A stretch of DNA of 64,000 nt from a virus. Its lineage: Duplodnaviria; Caudoviricetes. The position numbers and the translations under genes were made by a program. Of the stretch, positions 21,611 to 31,694 are shown in pieces. The stretch lies in IMG/VR virus record IMGVR_UViG_2885633469_000002, positions 64,001 to 128,000 of that record, one strand, 5' to 3'. The notes under the pieces are model-generated. The model searched no databases, had not been told where the DNA came from, and saw only the letters and a list, made by a program, of their open reading frames with translations. Within the stretch, counting starts at the first letter, position 1, and the number at the start of each line of letters is the position of its first letter.

Positions 21611-22369
21611 CTAACTTGCTAATCTTGAATTGGTAATTTCAACTGCTCTTTCATTAGCATCACATCCTATATAATTCCTTTTACCGTTTTTGGCACTTTC
21701 AATCATACTTCCACTACCACAGAAAAAATCACCGATTAAATCTTCTTCATTTGTGTATAAATCCCTTATTCTGTCCATTAATTTTAAAGGTTTCTGTGTT
21801 GCATAATCCAATCTTTCACTTGATGTTCTTCCTACCATTGGTATGTTCCAAATACATCTCATACCCACTAGCGTGTACCATCTTCCACATTTATCTTGAT
21901 ATTCTTCCACACCTTTAAACCTATAAGGTTTATAATCTCTGTTGTAGCTTATCTCTGTCATATAATTAAACTTTTGCTTTTTAGGATTTTTAGCATAAAT
22001 TATTATTTCATCATTTTTTTGTGATAATTTATGCTTACTACTTCCACCACTTGAATATTGCCATTGAACCACATTTATACAGTTTTTATATCCAAAGTAA
22101 ATATCACATATATCCCTAATCCAATGAGATATCCTATAATCCATTTGTAAAGCCAACGTTCCAGTTTCTTTTAAAAGCCTTTGTATTTCCTTTATTCTAG
22201 GTATATAAAAATTGTATACTTCATCTTTATTATAAGACAAGTCTTTATAATCTTTGAAGTTTCTGCCAGTAGCATATAAAATATCCCCATATATGAGGTC
22301 TATAGATTCATTAGATAACTGTTTCATGAAATCTAAATTATCCATACAAACTACTTTGTTTATTTCCAT
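21611..22369 (-). CDS. N6A/N4C DNA methyltransferase (beta-type motif order)
   Basis: SIDLIYGDILY (motif IV position), YATQKP, GDFFCGSGS SAM-binding motif. Confidence 0.85.
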   Translation of the reverse strand: MEINKVVCMDNLDFMKQLSNESIDLIYGDILYATGRNFKDYKDLSYNKDEVYNFYIPRIKEIQRLLKETGTLALQMDYRISHWIRDICDIYFGYKNCINVVQWQYSSGGSSKHKLSQKNDEIIIYAKNPKKQKFNYMTEISYNRDYKPYRFKGVEEYQDKCGRWYTLVGMRCIWNIPMVGRTSSERLDYATQKPLKLMDRIRDLYTNEEDLIGDFFCGSGSMIESAKNGKRNYIGCDANERAVEITNSRLAS

Positions 22370-22390
22370 ATAAAATCCCCCTTAATTAAT

Positions 22391-22911
22391 ATTCTGATAG
22401 GTAAGGCTTTGAAGTTATCTCCACCTTTTCCCCCAGTTAACACCGGACATGAGAGTTTCCAACTCATCCGGCGTCCCATCAATACTTACTTATTTACTAT
22501 ATTTCACAATTTCCAACCATTTTACGAAATCTATTTAACTTACTAATTTGGTCTTTATTAAGCTTAGCTATATTTTTATATTTTTCTATGGTTTCTGTTA
22601 CTGTAGCATGTATTAGTTTGTGTATAGTATTACTAACAACTATTAAGTTTTTATATTTATCTGTTCCACCTTTCCCCTTCGGGATTTTATGGTGTATCTC
22701 TATTTCTCCATGCTCTAGTACTTTGCCTGTTATTCCACATTTCCCATTTTGACTTATATATAGTGAAATTCTATTATCATTAAACTCTGTTGTAGCACCC
22801 TTAACAGGGTTTTCGGTAATATATTTTAGTAATTTCACATTATATTTATTTAAATTTTCATGTATTTTATTTCTGCCTTCCACAGTATAATTATTTACAC
22901 CCTTTGGAAAA
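22391..22911 (-). mobile_element. 3' remnant of a group II intron (IEP C-terminus with HNH domain, domains V-VI)
   Basis: Minus-strand DV ACGCCGGATGAGTTGGAAACTCTCATGTCCGGTGT, DVI ending CCTATCAGAAT; IEP tail NNYT.EGR..IH...CGITG..EIHHKIP..GGTD.YKNL...HKLIH; no RT domain. Confidence 0.85.
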
Positions 22912-23144
22912 GTGAACCTCACATGGCTGAAGCCACGTGCTTCCCTCATTACTTTAGGATTTCCTGCTTCCACGACCTCGTAACCTACTATCTCCACAGG
23001 CGTTAATTCCCGTAGTTCCTACGGTACTTTATTTATAGCTTTATATTAGCTAACTTTTTCTAATTAAGTATATTTATTCTAATTTTATATTAACATATGT
23101 CGCCACTAACTCATAACTGAAGTCACGAGTATGCGTGGCGATTC
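22912..23144 (-). mobile_element. Non-autonomous mini IS200/IS605 element (left end, omegaRNA scaffold, right end)
   Basis: Ends near-identical to the element at 49569-51402; TTGAA precedes the left end; ends in GGTTCAC; no tnpA or tnpB. Confidence 0.9.
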
Positions 23145-23495
23145 TTCAATTAAATCTATAATTATTTTTATTTCATCTATTGTATCTGTGTATGTCCACA
23201 ATACATCATCTAAACATTTATCTCCTACGAATATTCTCCACAGAGAACCTCCTAAATCGTTTTTATATTCTAGTAGACCTTTGCTATTAAATATTTCTTT
23301 TCTGCCATCTAACAGTCTTATATGTACAATTTCACCCAAATTTTGATTTAATATATCTGTTATATAATAATTTTTTAAATCCTCTTTTTTAGATTCTAAT
23401 ATTCTGTAATTGCATAGCTTAGAATCTCCTTTAAACTCCCCTATTATTTGTCCTTTAACTTTTAATAAATTTTTCATAATTATATCCCCTTTCAA
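23145..23495 (-). pseudogene. Hypothetical gene cut at its 3' end by the mini IS
   Basis: Its C-terminal ESPRILVTSVMS is IS left-end sequence, as in ORF 49311-49607. Confidence 0.6.
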
Positions 23496-23612
23496 ATTTT
23501 AAAGTTTTGTTTATTAATTGTTTTTAATTTACTTTTGAATGAAATATACCTTTTTTTATTTATCTTTGATTATTGCTATTAAATTTTTGCACTACCTATA
23601 AAATTTGAATAT

Positions 23613-23954
23613 CTAAGCCTTACTTTTATATTTATTTTTTGGTTTAATATCTTTTCCTTTTATTACTGGTGGAAATATTTTTAATACCTTTTCTAAATCT
23701 TTTTCATGAAATTTTATTTGTGTCTCTAAGCTGGTGTTAAAATAATCTATTATTTTGATTCCTTTTAACTTGTCCATAGTTTTAGTCCTTTGCGTTACAA
23801 ACGGAGTATACAACATCAATATTTCTTCTGTAGCCCTATAAATTTAAATTCCACGATAACATTTAATATATGTATTATCTCCATTATTAATTGCTTTGCT
23901 AGTTTCTACATCTCTTTCACATAGGACTCTGTATTTTCCAATATATTTTTTTAT
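23613..23954 (-). pseudogene. Hypothetical gene with an internal TAA
   Basis: AGGAGG RBS, then KKYIGKYRV...YIKCYRGI*IYRATEE; TAA at 23844-23846 in frame with ORF 23613-23819. Confidence 0.55.
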
Positions 23955-24000
23955 ATCAATCTCCTCCTATTTAATCATGTTTTTATTTTACTAAATTATT

Positions 24001-24858
24001 TTATATTAAACTTTCTAATTTTTTAGTTAAAAATTTTCTTCTATCTTCATAGTTAAATTCATTTTGTATTTCTATTAAATCTGAATCATACTGTTCTAAT
24101 ATATGTACTAATTCTAACTCTTTTTCACTAAAACTATTTCTAATGGGGAAATGTTTAGCAAAACCTTTTCTTTTTCTATATTCTTTAGCTGACATTCCAA
24201 TAATGACTTCATTTAATAAACAAAACTCAGCTATGAATTGATTATTATGCATATATTGGGGAATTGTTTTTATTACCTCTTTTTTATATTTTATTAAAGC
24301 ACCTTTTAAAGTTTTGCATTTTATAAGAGTATTTTCTCTATCTAAATTCCATTCATATCTATTTTTAAAGGCTTTTTCTATGTATATAAAGTATTTTCTA
24401 GCAATTTTACTTTTTTCTTTTAATTCTTTACCTGTTCGTCCACCTTTTGCTCCTGCAACCATAGATATTTCTTTTGCTATTTCTATAATCATAAAATATT
24501 CTTTATTATAACCTAAAGCTACCATTCTATTGGAATTACTAGCGTCCCCTTTGAAGGTGTCGCTTCCTTTTATCCATTTTATATTATATTCTTCGTCTTC
24601 TTCTAAGTCCAAATCTTCTATCTGTTGTTTTATCCATGTTGTAAAATCTCTACCTACTCCTAACTCATTATGTATAGTTCTTGCATTGATCCAATTTTGA
24701 TTTTCTCCTTGTAACACAGGTAATTTTTCTTGATACTCTAAAATCATATTTATCTCTTTATCTTCTAAAGCATATAATTTTAATTCATCTTTGGTTAGTT
24801 TACCTTTTTTTAAATTTTTGCTTGTTTTTGTTTTTTTCATTCTATCATTTCCTTTCAT
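24001..24858 (-). CDS. AntA/AntB-type antirepressor
   Basis: INARTIHNELGVGRDFTTWIK...IEIAKEISM...ARKYFI.IEK. Confidence 0.8.
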   Translation of the reverse strand: MKGNDRMKKTKTSKNLKKGKLTKDELKLYALEDKEINMILEYQEKLPVLQGENQNWINARTIHNELGVGRDFTTWIKQQIEDLDLEEDEEYNIKWIKGSDTFKGDASNSNRMVALGYNKEYFMIIEIAKEISMVAGAKGGRTGKELKEKSKIARKYFIYIEKAFKNRYEWNLDRENTLIKCKTLKGALIKYKKEVIKTIPQYMHNNQFIAEFCLLNEVIIGMSAKEYRKRKGFAKHFPIRNSFSEKELELVHILEQYDSDLIEIQNEFNYEDRRKFLTKKLESLI

Positions 24859-24919
24859 TCTTAAATTATTTTACGGTACTAATTCTATTATTTAATTCCC
24901 TTATCGTTGCCACGCTTAT

Positions 24920-24948
24920 ATATTATCAAATTGTTTTATATTAGTCAA
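24920..24948 (-). promoter_or_regulatory. SigmaA promoter with operator in its spacer
   Basis: TTGACT-17-TAATAT; spacer ends TAAAACAATTTGA. Confidence 0.65.
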
Positions 24949-25029
24949 GCCTTATTATGAAAAACTTTCTATTTTACAATAAAATTGTACATTTATATTC
25001 TTAAATTGTTTTAAATTCACTGTAAGTTA

Positions 25030-25875
25030 TTAAAGTTTATCATATATTTTTTTTATTTGCCTTGCTCCAGTAGTATCTCCTACTTTCTCTAAATGATTAA
25101 ATTTCTGTTTTAAACTTCTTTTTTTATTACTTTTTTTCTTTCCTGAAGTTGTTTGTGATTTTAGATTATTATCTTCTTTAAATCTTTTTGCATATTCTTT
25201 TAAACAATCTCTATCTTCATATCTACAATAGTAATTAACATCTTGTTTTACTTTACCCCTAACAATTCTGTATCCCCCATTAATATAGTCTATTAATTGT
25301 AATTCTTTTAAAATAGCATTATAAGACATTATTGCTTTTATACCTATTCCCACATCATACTCAATTTTATCAAACGAAGGATAACAAATTTTATTTTCCT
25401 TATTCATTCTCATAATTAGGTAACAAAAATATCCTATTAATTTAAATTTATCTGTGTTCTTTTTGCCTTTACAATATTCTAATATCTTTCTGATTTCATC
25501 GTCATACACTATAAAAAAACTATTATCAAATACATAATTTAATTGTACATAATATATTTCTCCTTTTTTTAATTTGCTTATGTCTGTAATTTCTTTCTCT
25601 AAATAAAAATCTTGATAATATTCAAAAATATCCATCTCTTTTAATTCAATTAAACAATTTCTTATTTTTTCTATCATTTTTGTTTGAGTTCTATTTACAT
25701 ATAAAATGTCTAACAATTGATTAATTGAAAAACTACAATGATTTCTTATTGTTATAGTTTGTGAAATTAATATGTATATAATCAAAGATTCATTAGATAA
25801 AATATAATTGTCCTTTGAATTTTTATTATCTAATATCATATAATTAGATATTTGTATAAACCAATCTTTATCCAT
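25030..25875 (-). CDS. Putative replication initiator with HTH domains
   Basis: CYPSFDKIEYDVGIG.KAI..Y..ILKELQLI winged-HTH pattern; adjacent to the partition locus; start ATG 25875 after AGGAGG. Confidence 0.55.
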   Translation of the reverse strand: MDKDWFIQISNYMILDNKNSKDNYILSNESLIIYILISQTITIRNHCSFSINQLLDILYVNRTQTKMIEKIRNCLIELKEMDIFEYYQDFYLEKEITDISKLKKGEIYYVQLNYVFDNSFFIVYDDEIRKILEYCKGKKNTDKFKLIGYFCYLIMRMNKENKICYPSFDKIEYDVGIGIKAIMSYNAILKELQLIDYINGGYRIVRGKVKQDVNYYCRYEDRDCLKEYAKRFKEDNNLKSQTTSGKKKSNKKRSLKQKFNHLEKVGDTTGARQIKKIYDKL

Positions 25876-26173
25876 TAATGCACTCCTCCTTTCTATATTT
25901 ATATCTTTTAACATTTACACTCTTTCCTTTGTAACTAGGAAAAACATTACATAGATATGTTATACTTATATTGGTAAATAGAATTTTATTTACATCGTAG
26001 AGTCTGAGTAACTAAAATTTGGACACTAAAGAGAGTGAAACAATATATACTAATATAACAATATATACTAATAAGTTAATAAGATAGACTTATAAAGAAA
26101 CAAAACCTTCGTACCTCAGTTTTTGTTTCTTATACTTTATTATTTTTTTATTTTTCGTTTCCTTTATGTTTTT

Positions 26174-26202
26174 ATCTTACCAAATTATTTTATATTAGTC
26201 AA
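26174..26202 (-). promoter_or_regulatory. SigmaA promoter of the rep leader with operator in its spacer
   Basis: TTGACT-17-TAAGAT; spacer ends TAAAATAATTTGG. Confidence 0.55.
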
Positions 26203-26370
26203 CTATTATTTTTAGATTTTATTAAATTATTTTATATATTTTTAAAACTCTTTCTAAACTATTTTAAAGCATATTATCTTTTGCTAGTCTTATTATACCT
26301 ATTTATTTTTATTCCTCTTTATATCCCCTCTCATAAAGTTCTAAATTTATAATTTTAGGTATAAGGAAGA

Positions 26371-27099
26371 TTATCTTCCAAATAACCTTCCCAAAAATGA
26401 TTTTTTCTTTTTTGCTTCCAATTCTTCTTGTTGCTTTTTTCTTTCCTGTAAATTATGTTTTAACATATCAATCATTTCTATATCTCTTGAAGTAGCTTGT
26501 CTCTCTTTATCATCTACATAAGATTTGAATTCTGAAATAGATTGGTCTAACTTTTCAGATATTATCTCATCTACTGTCAATGCTATAGTTTCATTAAGTT
26601 TATCGTTCATTTCTTGCTTAATTACAATTCCTTTATTTTGTTTTTCATCAATTTTACTTAATAACTCATTTGAAAAACAATTTAATTTCCTATCTATTTC
26701 TACTGATAAAGCTGAGATTATAGTCTGAATGGCTAATGGATTACTAGAATCTACTACACTTTGTTCTATTTCATTTATATCAAAACCTTTTGAACTACAA
26801 TAATCTGACACTTGTTTCAAAGTTAATCCATCCTCTTTAGTTAATTTTTTTATAAATTTTAATTTTTCTATGTCTATTTTTCTATATCGTTTATTTTCTA
26901 CATCTAATAAATCTTTAAACACTCTAGTCCAATATGTTATTGTTGATTTTGGTAAGCCTACCTTTTGTGCAACCTGAGAAGTTGTGTAAAAAAAAGGTTC
27001 CCCTCTAATAACTTTTGTTTTTGAATCTTTATTTTCTATTTCATCATCTACATCAAAAAATTCAGCATCAACTACTTTATCTTCACTAAAATTTTTCAT
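26371..27099 (-). CDS. tubY: TubY-like MerR-HTH/coiled-coil partition modulator
   Basis: YTTSQVAQKVGLPKSTITYW MerR HTH, coiled coil, amphipathic tail KKSFLGRLFGR; divergent from tubRZ. Confidence 0.75.
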   Translation of the reverse strand: MKNFSEDKVVDAEFFDVDDEIENKDSKTKVIRGEPFFYTTSQVAQKVGLPKSTITYWTRVFKDLLDVENKRYRKIDIEKLKFIKKLTKEDGLTLKQVSDYCSSKGFDINEIEQSVVDSSNPLAIQTIISALSVEIDRKLNCFSNELLSKIDEKQNKGIVIKQEMNDKLNETIALTVDEIISEKLDQSISEFKSYVDDKERQATSRDIEMIDMLKHNLQERKKQQEELEAKKKKSFLGRLFGR

Positions 27100-27169
27100 G
27101 GAAAATCACTCCTTAAAGAAAAGTATAGTTAAAGTATACCATATATAAATAAAAAGATATAGGTTTGTT

Positions 27170-27620
27170 TTAATCCAATTAAACAGAACTTTAACTTTAC
27201 TTCACTTATTATTTTAATAGCTTTTACTTAACTTTACTTTAAAATAATAAGTGTATTACATTTATTATTTTTAAATAAAAGATAAATGGTAAAAATATTT
27301 TAATTCAAAATATAAATCTTAATAACTATTGTTTTAATTATATTTTAATACCATATAAGTTCTATTTAAATACTATTATTGTTCTATTTTAAGTATAATA
27401 AATATTAGTTATTCTTACATTTCAATTCAATTTAAAGTATTTTATAATTCTATTTATATTCTATATAAGTTCTAAATTATTACCATTTTCATACTAAATA
27501 AATAATAAATAAATACTATTTTATAACACTATTGCATATACCACTATAATATAGTATTATATTGGTAAGGTTAAATAAGTTCTAAGTTATTTCCAAATAA
27601 GTTACAATTTAAGCATAAAA
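27170..27620. repeat. Probable tubC centromere/operator region
   Basis: Degenerate ATAAGTTCTA repeats (about 27355, 27465, 27575, 27597) and AACTTTACTT repeats (about 27193, 27230). Confidence 0.5.
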
Positions 27621-27696
27621 GCTTTCTACATTAATCAGCTTTAGTTAAAACTTTATTTTATTTTATTACTTAATTGATTAGAGGTGAGTTATAAAT

Positions 27697-27984
27697 ATGG
27701 ACTCTGTCATATTTACAGAAAACGATTATAGGATATTAAAAGCTATAATTGATAGAAATGACAATAAAAAAGGTTTGTGTAAAGGCAATGGGACTACGAT
27801 TAAAGAAATTATAGAAAAAACTTGTTTGTCAGATAAAAAAGTTAGACAAACATTAAAAAGATTTGAAACATTAGAATTTGTAAGTAAAGGATTAAAAATT
27901 GTAAAAGCAGATACTTTTTTACTTACAGAAAAAGGTTTTGAAGAATTAAATAGTTTAAGAGAAAATATTTTTGGGGAGGTATAA
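27697..27984 (+). CDS. tubR: TubR winged-helix centromere-binding protein
   Basis: 95 aa wHTH directly upstream of tubZ. Confidence 0.75.
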   Translation: MDSVIFTENDYRILKAIIDRNDNKKGLCKGNGTTIKEIIEKTCLSDKKVRQTLKRFETLEFVSKGLKIVKADTFLLTEKGFEELNSLRENIFGEV

Positions 27985-27987
27985 TAT

Positions 27988-29055
27988 ATGGAAAAAGAGA
28001 AAAATCTAATTATAGGTTGTGGAGGAGCAGGCAATAGACTGGCAAATACTTTAATGAACTTAGATAGGCGTTATACCACTATATTTTTAAATTCTAATAT
28101 GAGTGAAATGGAAAATTTAAAACACTTTGATAGCGAAAGACGTTGTTTTTATATTCCTAACGCTGATGGTTGTGGCAAAGACATGGATAAAATGGAAATG
28201 TTTTGTAAAGAAGAAGCTCCAAAATTTATGGTTATGATAAAAAAATTCACAACTCATAAGTATGTTACATTCTTAACTAGTGCAAATGGTGGAACAGGTG
28301 CTGAGGCAACTATTATGTATTCAGAGTTAATAAAAAAAGCTTGTCCAGAAAAATCTATAAATGTAATAGCAACTTATCCTTCTTTAACAGAAACAAGTAT
28401 TGATTTTGATAATGCTACAAGATTTTGGAATGAAATGATAAATCTTAAAAAGAAAGGCTATATTGATTCTATAAGATATATAGATAACAATAAAGGTGAT
28501 GAGGAAGAAATAAACATAAGAGCCATGAAGGAATTAAATGAAAGTTATGACATGGCAAATGGTAAACTAGACACTACTGATTCAGCAAAAGTACATTGTA
28601 CAAACGGATATAAAGTATATTTAAAATTAGATAAAAATTGTTCTGATTTGGAAGAAGCCATAGATAAAGCTATAAAAGAAAGTGTTTTCTATATGCCTGA
28701 TATCTTTGAATGTGATAAAATGATTGCAGACATCAACACACAAGATTTTGATTCACAATTAATTGAAGAAGAATTTGAATATTATGATTTTGGTAAATTT
28801 AACGAAAATACAAATGGAGAAACCAAAATACTTTTAGGCGGTTGCGAAATGCCAAGAGAAACTATTGAATTAGTACGTGAAGCATTAAAAGAAACTAAAA
28901 AAAGAAAAAGAAGAAGAAATATCCAAGAGGATTTAATTATAAGAACAGAAAATAACGAAGATAAGAAAGAAAATATAAAAACAAAGACAAAAACTAGATT
29001 GTCAGCAGATGATTTAAATAATATGTTTGCGGATGACAGTTTTTGGGATGATTAA
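27988..29055 (+). CDS. tubZ: TubZ tubulin/FtsZ-family GTPase
   Basis: IGCGGAGN, DGCGKD, ANGGTGA, IDNN and LDTTD tubulin-family loops; 355 aa. Confidence 0.9.
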   Translation: MEKEKNLIIGCGGAGNRLANTLMNLDRRYTTIFLNSNMSEMENLKHFDSERRCFYIPNADGCGKDMDKMEMFCKEEAPKFMVMIKKFTTHKYVTFLTSANGGTGAEATIMYSELIKKACPEKSINVIATYPSLTETSIDFDNATRFWNEMINLKKKGYIDSIRYIDNNKGDEEEINIRAMKELNESYDMANGKLDTTDSAKVHCTNGYKVYLKLDKNCSDLEEAIDKAIKESVFYMPDIFECDKMIADINTQDFDSQLIEEEFEYYDFGKFNENTNGETKILLGGCEMPRETIELVREALKETKKRKRRRNIQEDLIIRTENNEDKKENIKTKTKTRLSADDLNNMFADDSFWDD

Positions 29056-29169
29056 TAATACAATTAAATTAATATTTATACATTAAATAGGTTTTTAGTT
29101 AGCTTTAAAGGCAAGTAGGTGTTTAATTTCAGCACCTACTTAACCCTACCTGAAAAAATACCTAGTGAA

Positions 29170-29808
29170 TTATGATACATTATTTACTTTAAACATTACT
29201 CTCTGAATTTCATTACTTTTTAATTTGAAAAGTAAAAACTTAATGTCATTTTCGTTCATCAACTCTAAATTTTTAACACTTCTTGCAACTTCAATACTGT
29301 TTTTATTAAACTTGCCTGTAGAACATATAATACCTTTATCAGCATTAAACATTTGCATTGAACCTAATAATTTAAAACAAATATCTCTACCAATACAACT
29401 GTTTTTATCATAATATTTACATTCTACATAAGTAGTTTCAATTACTCCATTCACTTTTCTTTTTAAAATAATATCTCTGCCATAATCGTGAGTAAATTTA
29501 GTTAGTTTAACATCATAATAACCTTGATATTTAAATACTTCTGCCATCATTACTTCAAACTGTCTAGGTGTTAAATAGTTTAATTTACTTATTAACTCAT
29601 TTAAATTATATCCGTTATTATAGCTTATATTGAAGTTTCTAATTAATATGGGTAAATATTTAATTCCTTTATACATTTCCATACAAATATAACGAATCAT
29701 TTCAAAAAATCTTATTGTAAATTTAAAAAAGTTTTTTTCAAATTTGCTTAATTTTATAATATTTAATAAATTATAATTGCTTTTATAGAATTTTGTTCTT
29801 TTTTTCAT
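29170..29808 (-). CDS. Mrr-like restriction endonuclease domain protein
   Basis: LTPRQFE..AEVF..QGY...D.GRDII...VECK.Y...STGKF. Confidence 0.8.
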   Translation of the reverse strand: MKKRTKFYKSNYNLLNIIKLSKFEKNFFKFTIRFFEMIRYICMEMYKGIKYLPILIRNFNISYNNGYNLNELISKLNYLTPRQFEVMMAEVFKYQGYYDVKLTKFTHDYGRDIILKRKVNGVIETTYVECKYYDKNSCIGRDICFKLLGSMQMFNADKGIICSTGKFNKNSIEVARSVKNLELMNENDIKFLLFKLKSNEIQRVMFKVNNVS

Positions 29809-29876
29809 ATATACCACCTCAGTTATATATATCTATATTATAGACAAGAAATAATATTATATTCTATAAATAGTAG

Positions 29877-29906
29877 TGTCATTTTGGGGTGTTACTGCAT
29901 AGTATA
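29877..29906 (+). promoter_or_regulatory. Possible sporulation (sigmaE/sigmaK-like) promoter
   Basis: GTCATTTT-12-CATAGTATA; spacer slightly short for sigmaE. Confidence 0.3.
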
Positions 29907-29943
29907 TATTAATAGATAAATAAAGAAAGGATGAATATATATT

Positions 29944-30117
29944 TTGTATACTGTAGTAATTATAGGAACAGGCTTCATTGTAGGCATAATTAGATGTTAT
30001 ATATATAAGAAAAATAAAAATTCTAATAAGATTCAATATTATAATTATAGTAAGTATGCAGTTAAATATAAAAGATTAAATAATAATATAAACCAACAAT
30101 CAAAAAATATATTTTGA
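29944..30117 (+). CDS. Small membrane protein (57 aa)
   Basis: Read by hand: AAGGATG RBS, TTG start, MYTVVIIGTGFIVGIIRCYIYKK. Confidence 0.55.
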   Translation: MYTVVIIGTGFIVGIIRCYIYKKNKNSNKIQYYNYSKYAVKYKRLNNNINQQSKNIF

Positions 30118-30130
30118 TTAGATAATGTAG

Positions 30131-31657
30131 GTGAAATTTATGGATTTTATAAATAAAAATATTAATAAACAAAGTAGTAAAATTAAGCAAGAAAAATCAA
30201 AAGAAGATGAAATAAAAATAAATCAATTAATTTATAATTGGAAAAATACTTTTGGAAATTTAGAAAAATGGAATAAAGAATATAATGGATATACACTTTC
30301 TAATATTAAAGTAGAAACATATGGTTTTAGCTCTAGAGTATATGCTCCTTGGGGAATGAATCTTTTTGCACTTAGCAATTATACAGATATTATTGAAACA
30401 GGGTGTAAATGCGAATTTTTATATGAAATTCCTCAACATAGACAATTTGCTTTAGCTAAATTCATATATCCTGAACAAATAAAAATTAATAGTTGGGATT
30501 TTACTCCTGTTAAAGTTAAACCATATGAGTTTTGCCCAGGTTATGATATAACAGGGAAACCAATAGTTTTTAATCTAAATAACTCCCCACATATTTTAGT
30601 GGCTGGACAACAAAGAAGAGGGAAAAATGCTTCTGTAGATAACGCAATAGTTTCATGGATATATTCTTGTACTCATAGAGAAATAATGTTTTACATGTTT
30701 CAATGTGCTAAAAATGACCTTGTAAAATATAAAGAATGTAGTCAAGTTTATTGCTATGCAAGTACTTTAGGTGAAATTTTAATTGCCCTAAAACATTTAG
30801 AAAAGGAATTATTCAGAAGAACAAAGCTATTTGAATCAATGGTAAAAAAAGCTGATGGTAATGACAATATTTTTCATTATAATAAACTACATCCTTATAA
30901 TAAATTACCTTATATTATAGTTATTATAGATGAATTTATAGAACTCATGCCTGATAATTCAACTGATGATAAAGATATAAAAATAATTAAAAATGAAATA
31001 TTAAAAAGGCTACAAATGATAGGTCAATGGGGAGGTAGTTTAGGTATTAACTATTGCCCATTACATCAAAAACCTTCTGCTAAACTTATGCCACCTTTTA
31101 TTAAAAATCAATCTAGTATTAGAATATGCTTTGGATTTGAAGACTTAGTATGTTGTGCAATTGTTTTAGGGGATGAGTTAGCAAAACATGCTTATAAACT
31201 TCCGCCTAGAAAGGCATATTTCTCAAATAATGAACAAAATGGTTACCTATACACTCCTAATTTAAAAGGTCGCATAAGAATGTTTATAAAAGATTCCATT
31301 AAACCAAATCATAGAAATTTATTCAGTGATTTAGAAAAATTAAAATCTTCTAATAAGAAATTACAGATAAATAAAACTTCATTAAGTAAAAATATTCAAA
31401 ATAAAGAAGATTACTTACATAAAGATAAGGGAGTAGCACCAATTCCTAAAAATATAAATAAAAACTACACTAAAGAACTTAACTTTGATAAAGTAGACCC
31501 TTTCAAAAGTACATTCGATAATAAAAAATTAATTAATAATATTAAAAATAACATTCCTAATTTTGTTCCATATAATGCCAAAACAAATCCCGAAATAATA
31601 ATAGATAAAACTAAATTTGACCCATCCAAAACTAAAAAACCCATTAAAAATAAATAA
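30131..31657 (+). CDS. FtsK/SpoIIIE-family ATPase
   Basis: PHILVAGQQRRGKN (Walker A variant), E..RR, IIVIIDEF, LGI..LHQKP, IRICF. Confidence 0.8.
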   Translation: MKFMDFINKNINKQSSKIKQEKSKEDEIKINQLIYNWKNTFGNLEKWNKEYNGYTLSNIKVETYGFSSRVYAPWGMNLFALSNYTDIIETGCKCEFLYEIPQHRQFALAKFIYPEQIKINSWDFTPVKVKPYEFCPGYDITGKPIVFNLNNSPHILVAGQQRRGKNASVDNAIVSWIYSCTHREIMFYMFQCAKNDLVKYKECSQVYCYASTLGEILIALKHLEKELFRRTKLFESMVKKADGNDNIFHYNKLHPYNKLPYIIVIIDEFIELMPDNSTDDKDIKIIKNEILKRLQMIGQWGGSLGINYCPLHQKPSAKLMPPFIKNQSSIRICFGFEDLVCCAIVLGDELAKHAYKLPPRKAYFSNNEQNGYLYTPNLKGRIRMFIKDSIKPNHRNLFSDLEKLKSSNKKLQINKTSLSKNIQNKEDYLHKDKGVAPIPKNINKNYTKELNFDKVDPFKSTFDNKKLINNIKNNIPNFVPYNAKTNPEIIIDKTKFDPSKTKKPIKNK

Positions 31658-31694
31658 AAATTTTATAATATTGTTTATAAAAGGAGTGACTCTT

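Noticed and set aside
22497-22997. 166-aa HNH ORF as an intact gene
   Set aside because: Chimeric: the first ~29 codons are IS right-end/omegaRNA sequence and the rest is the intron IEP tail
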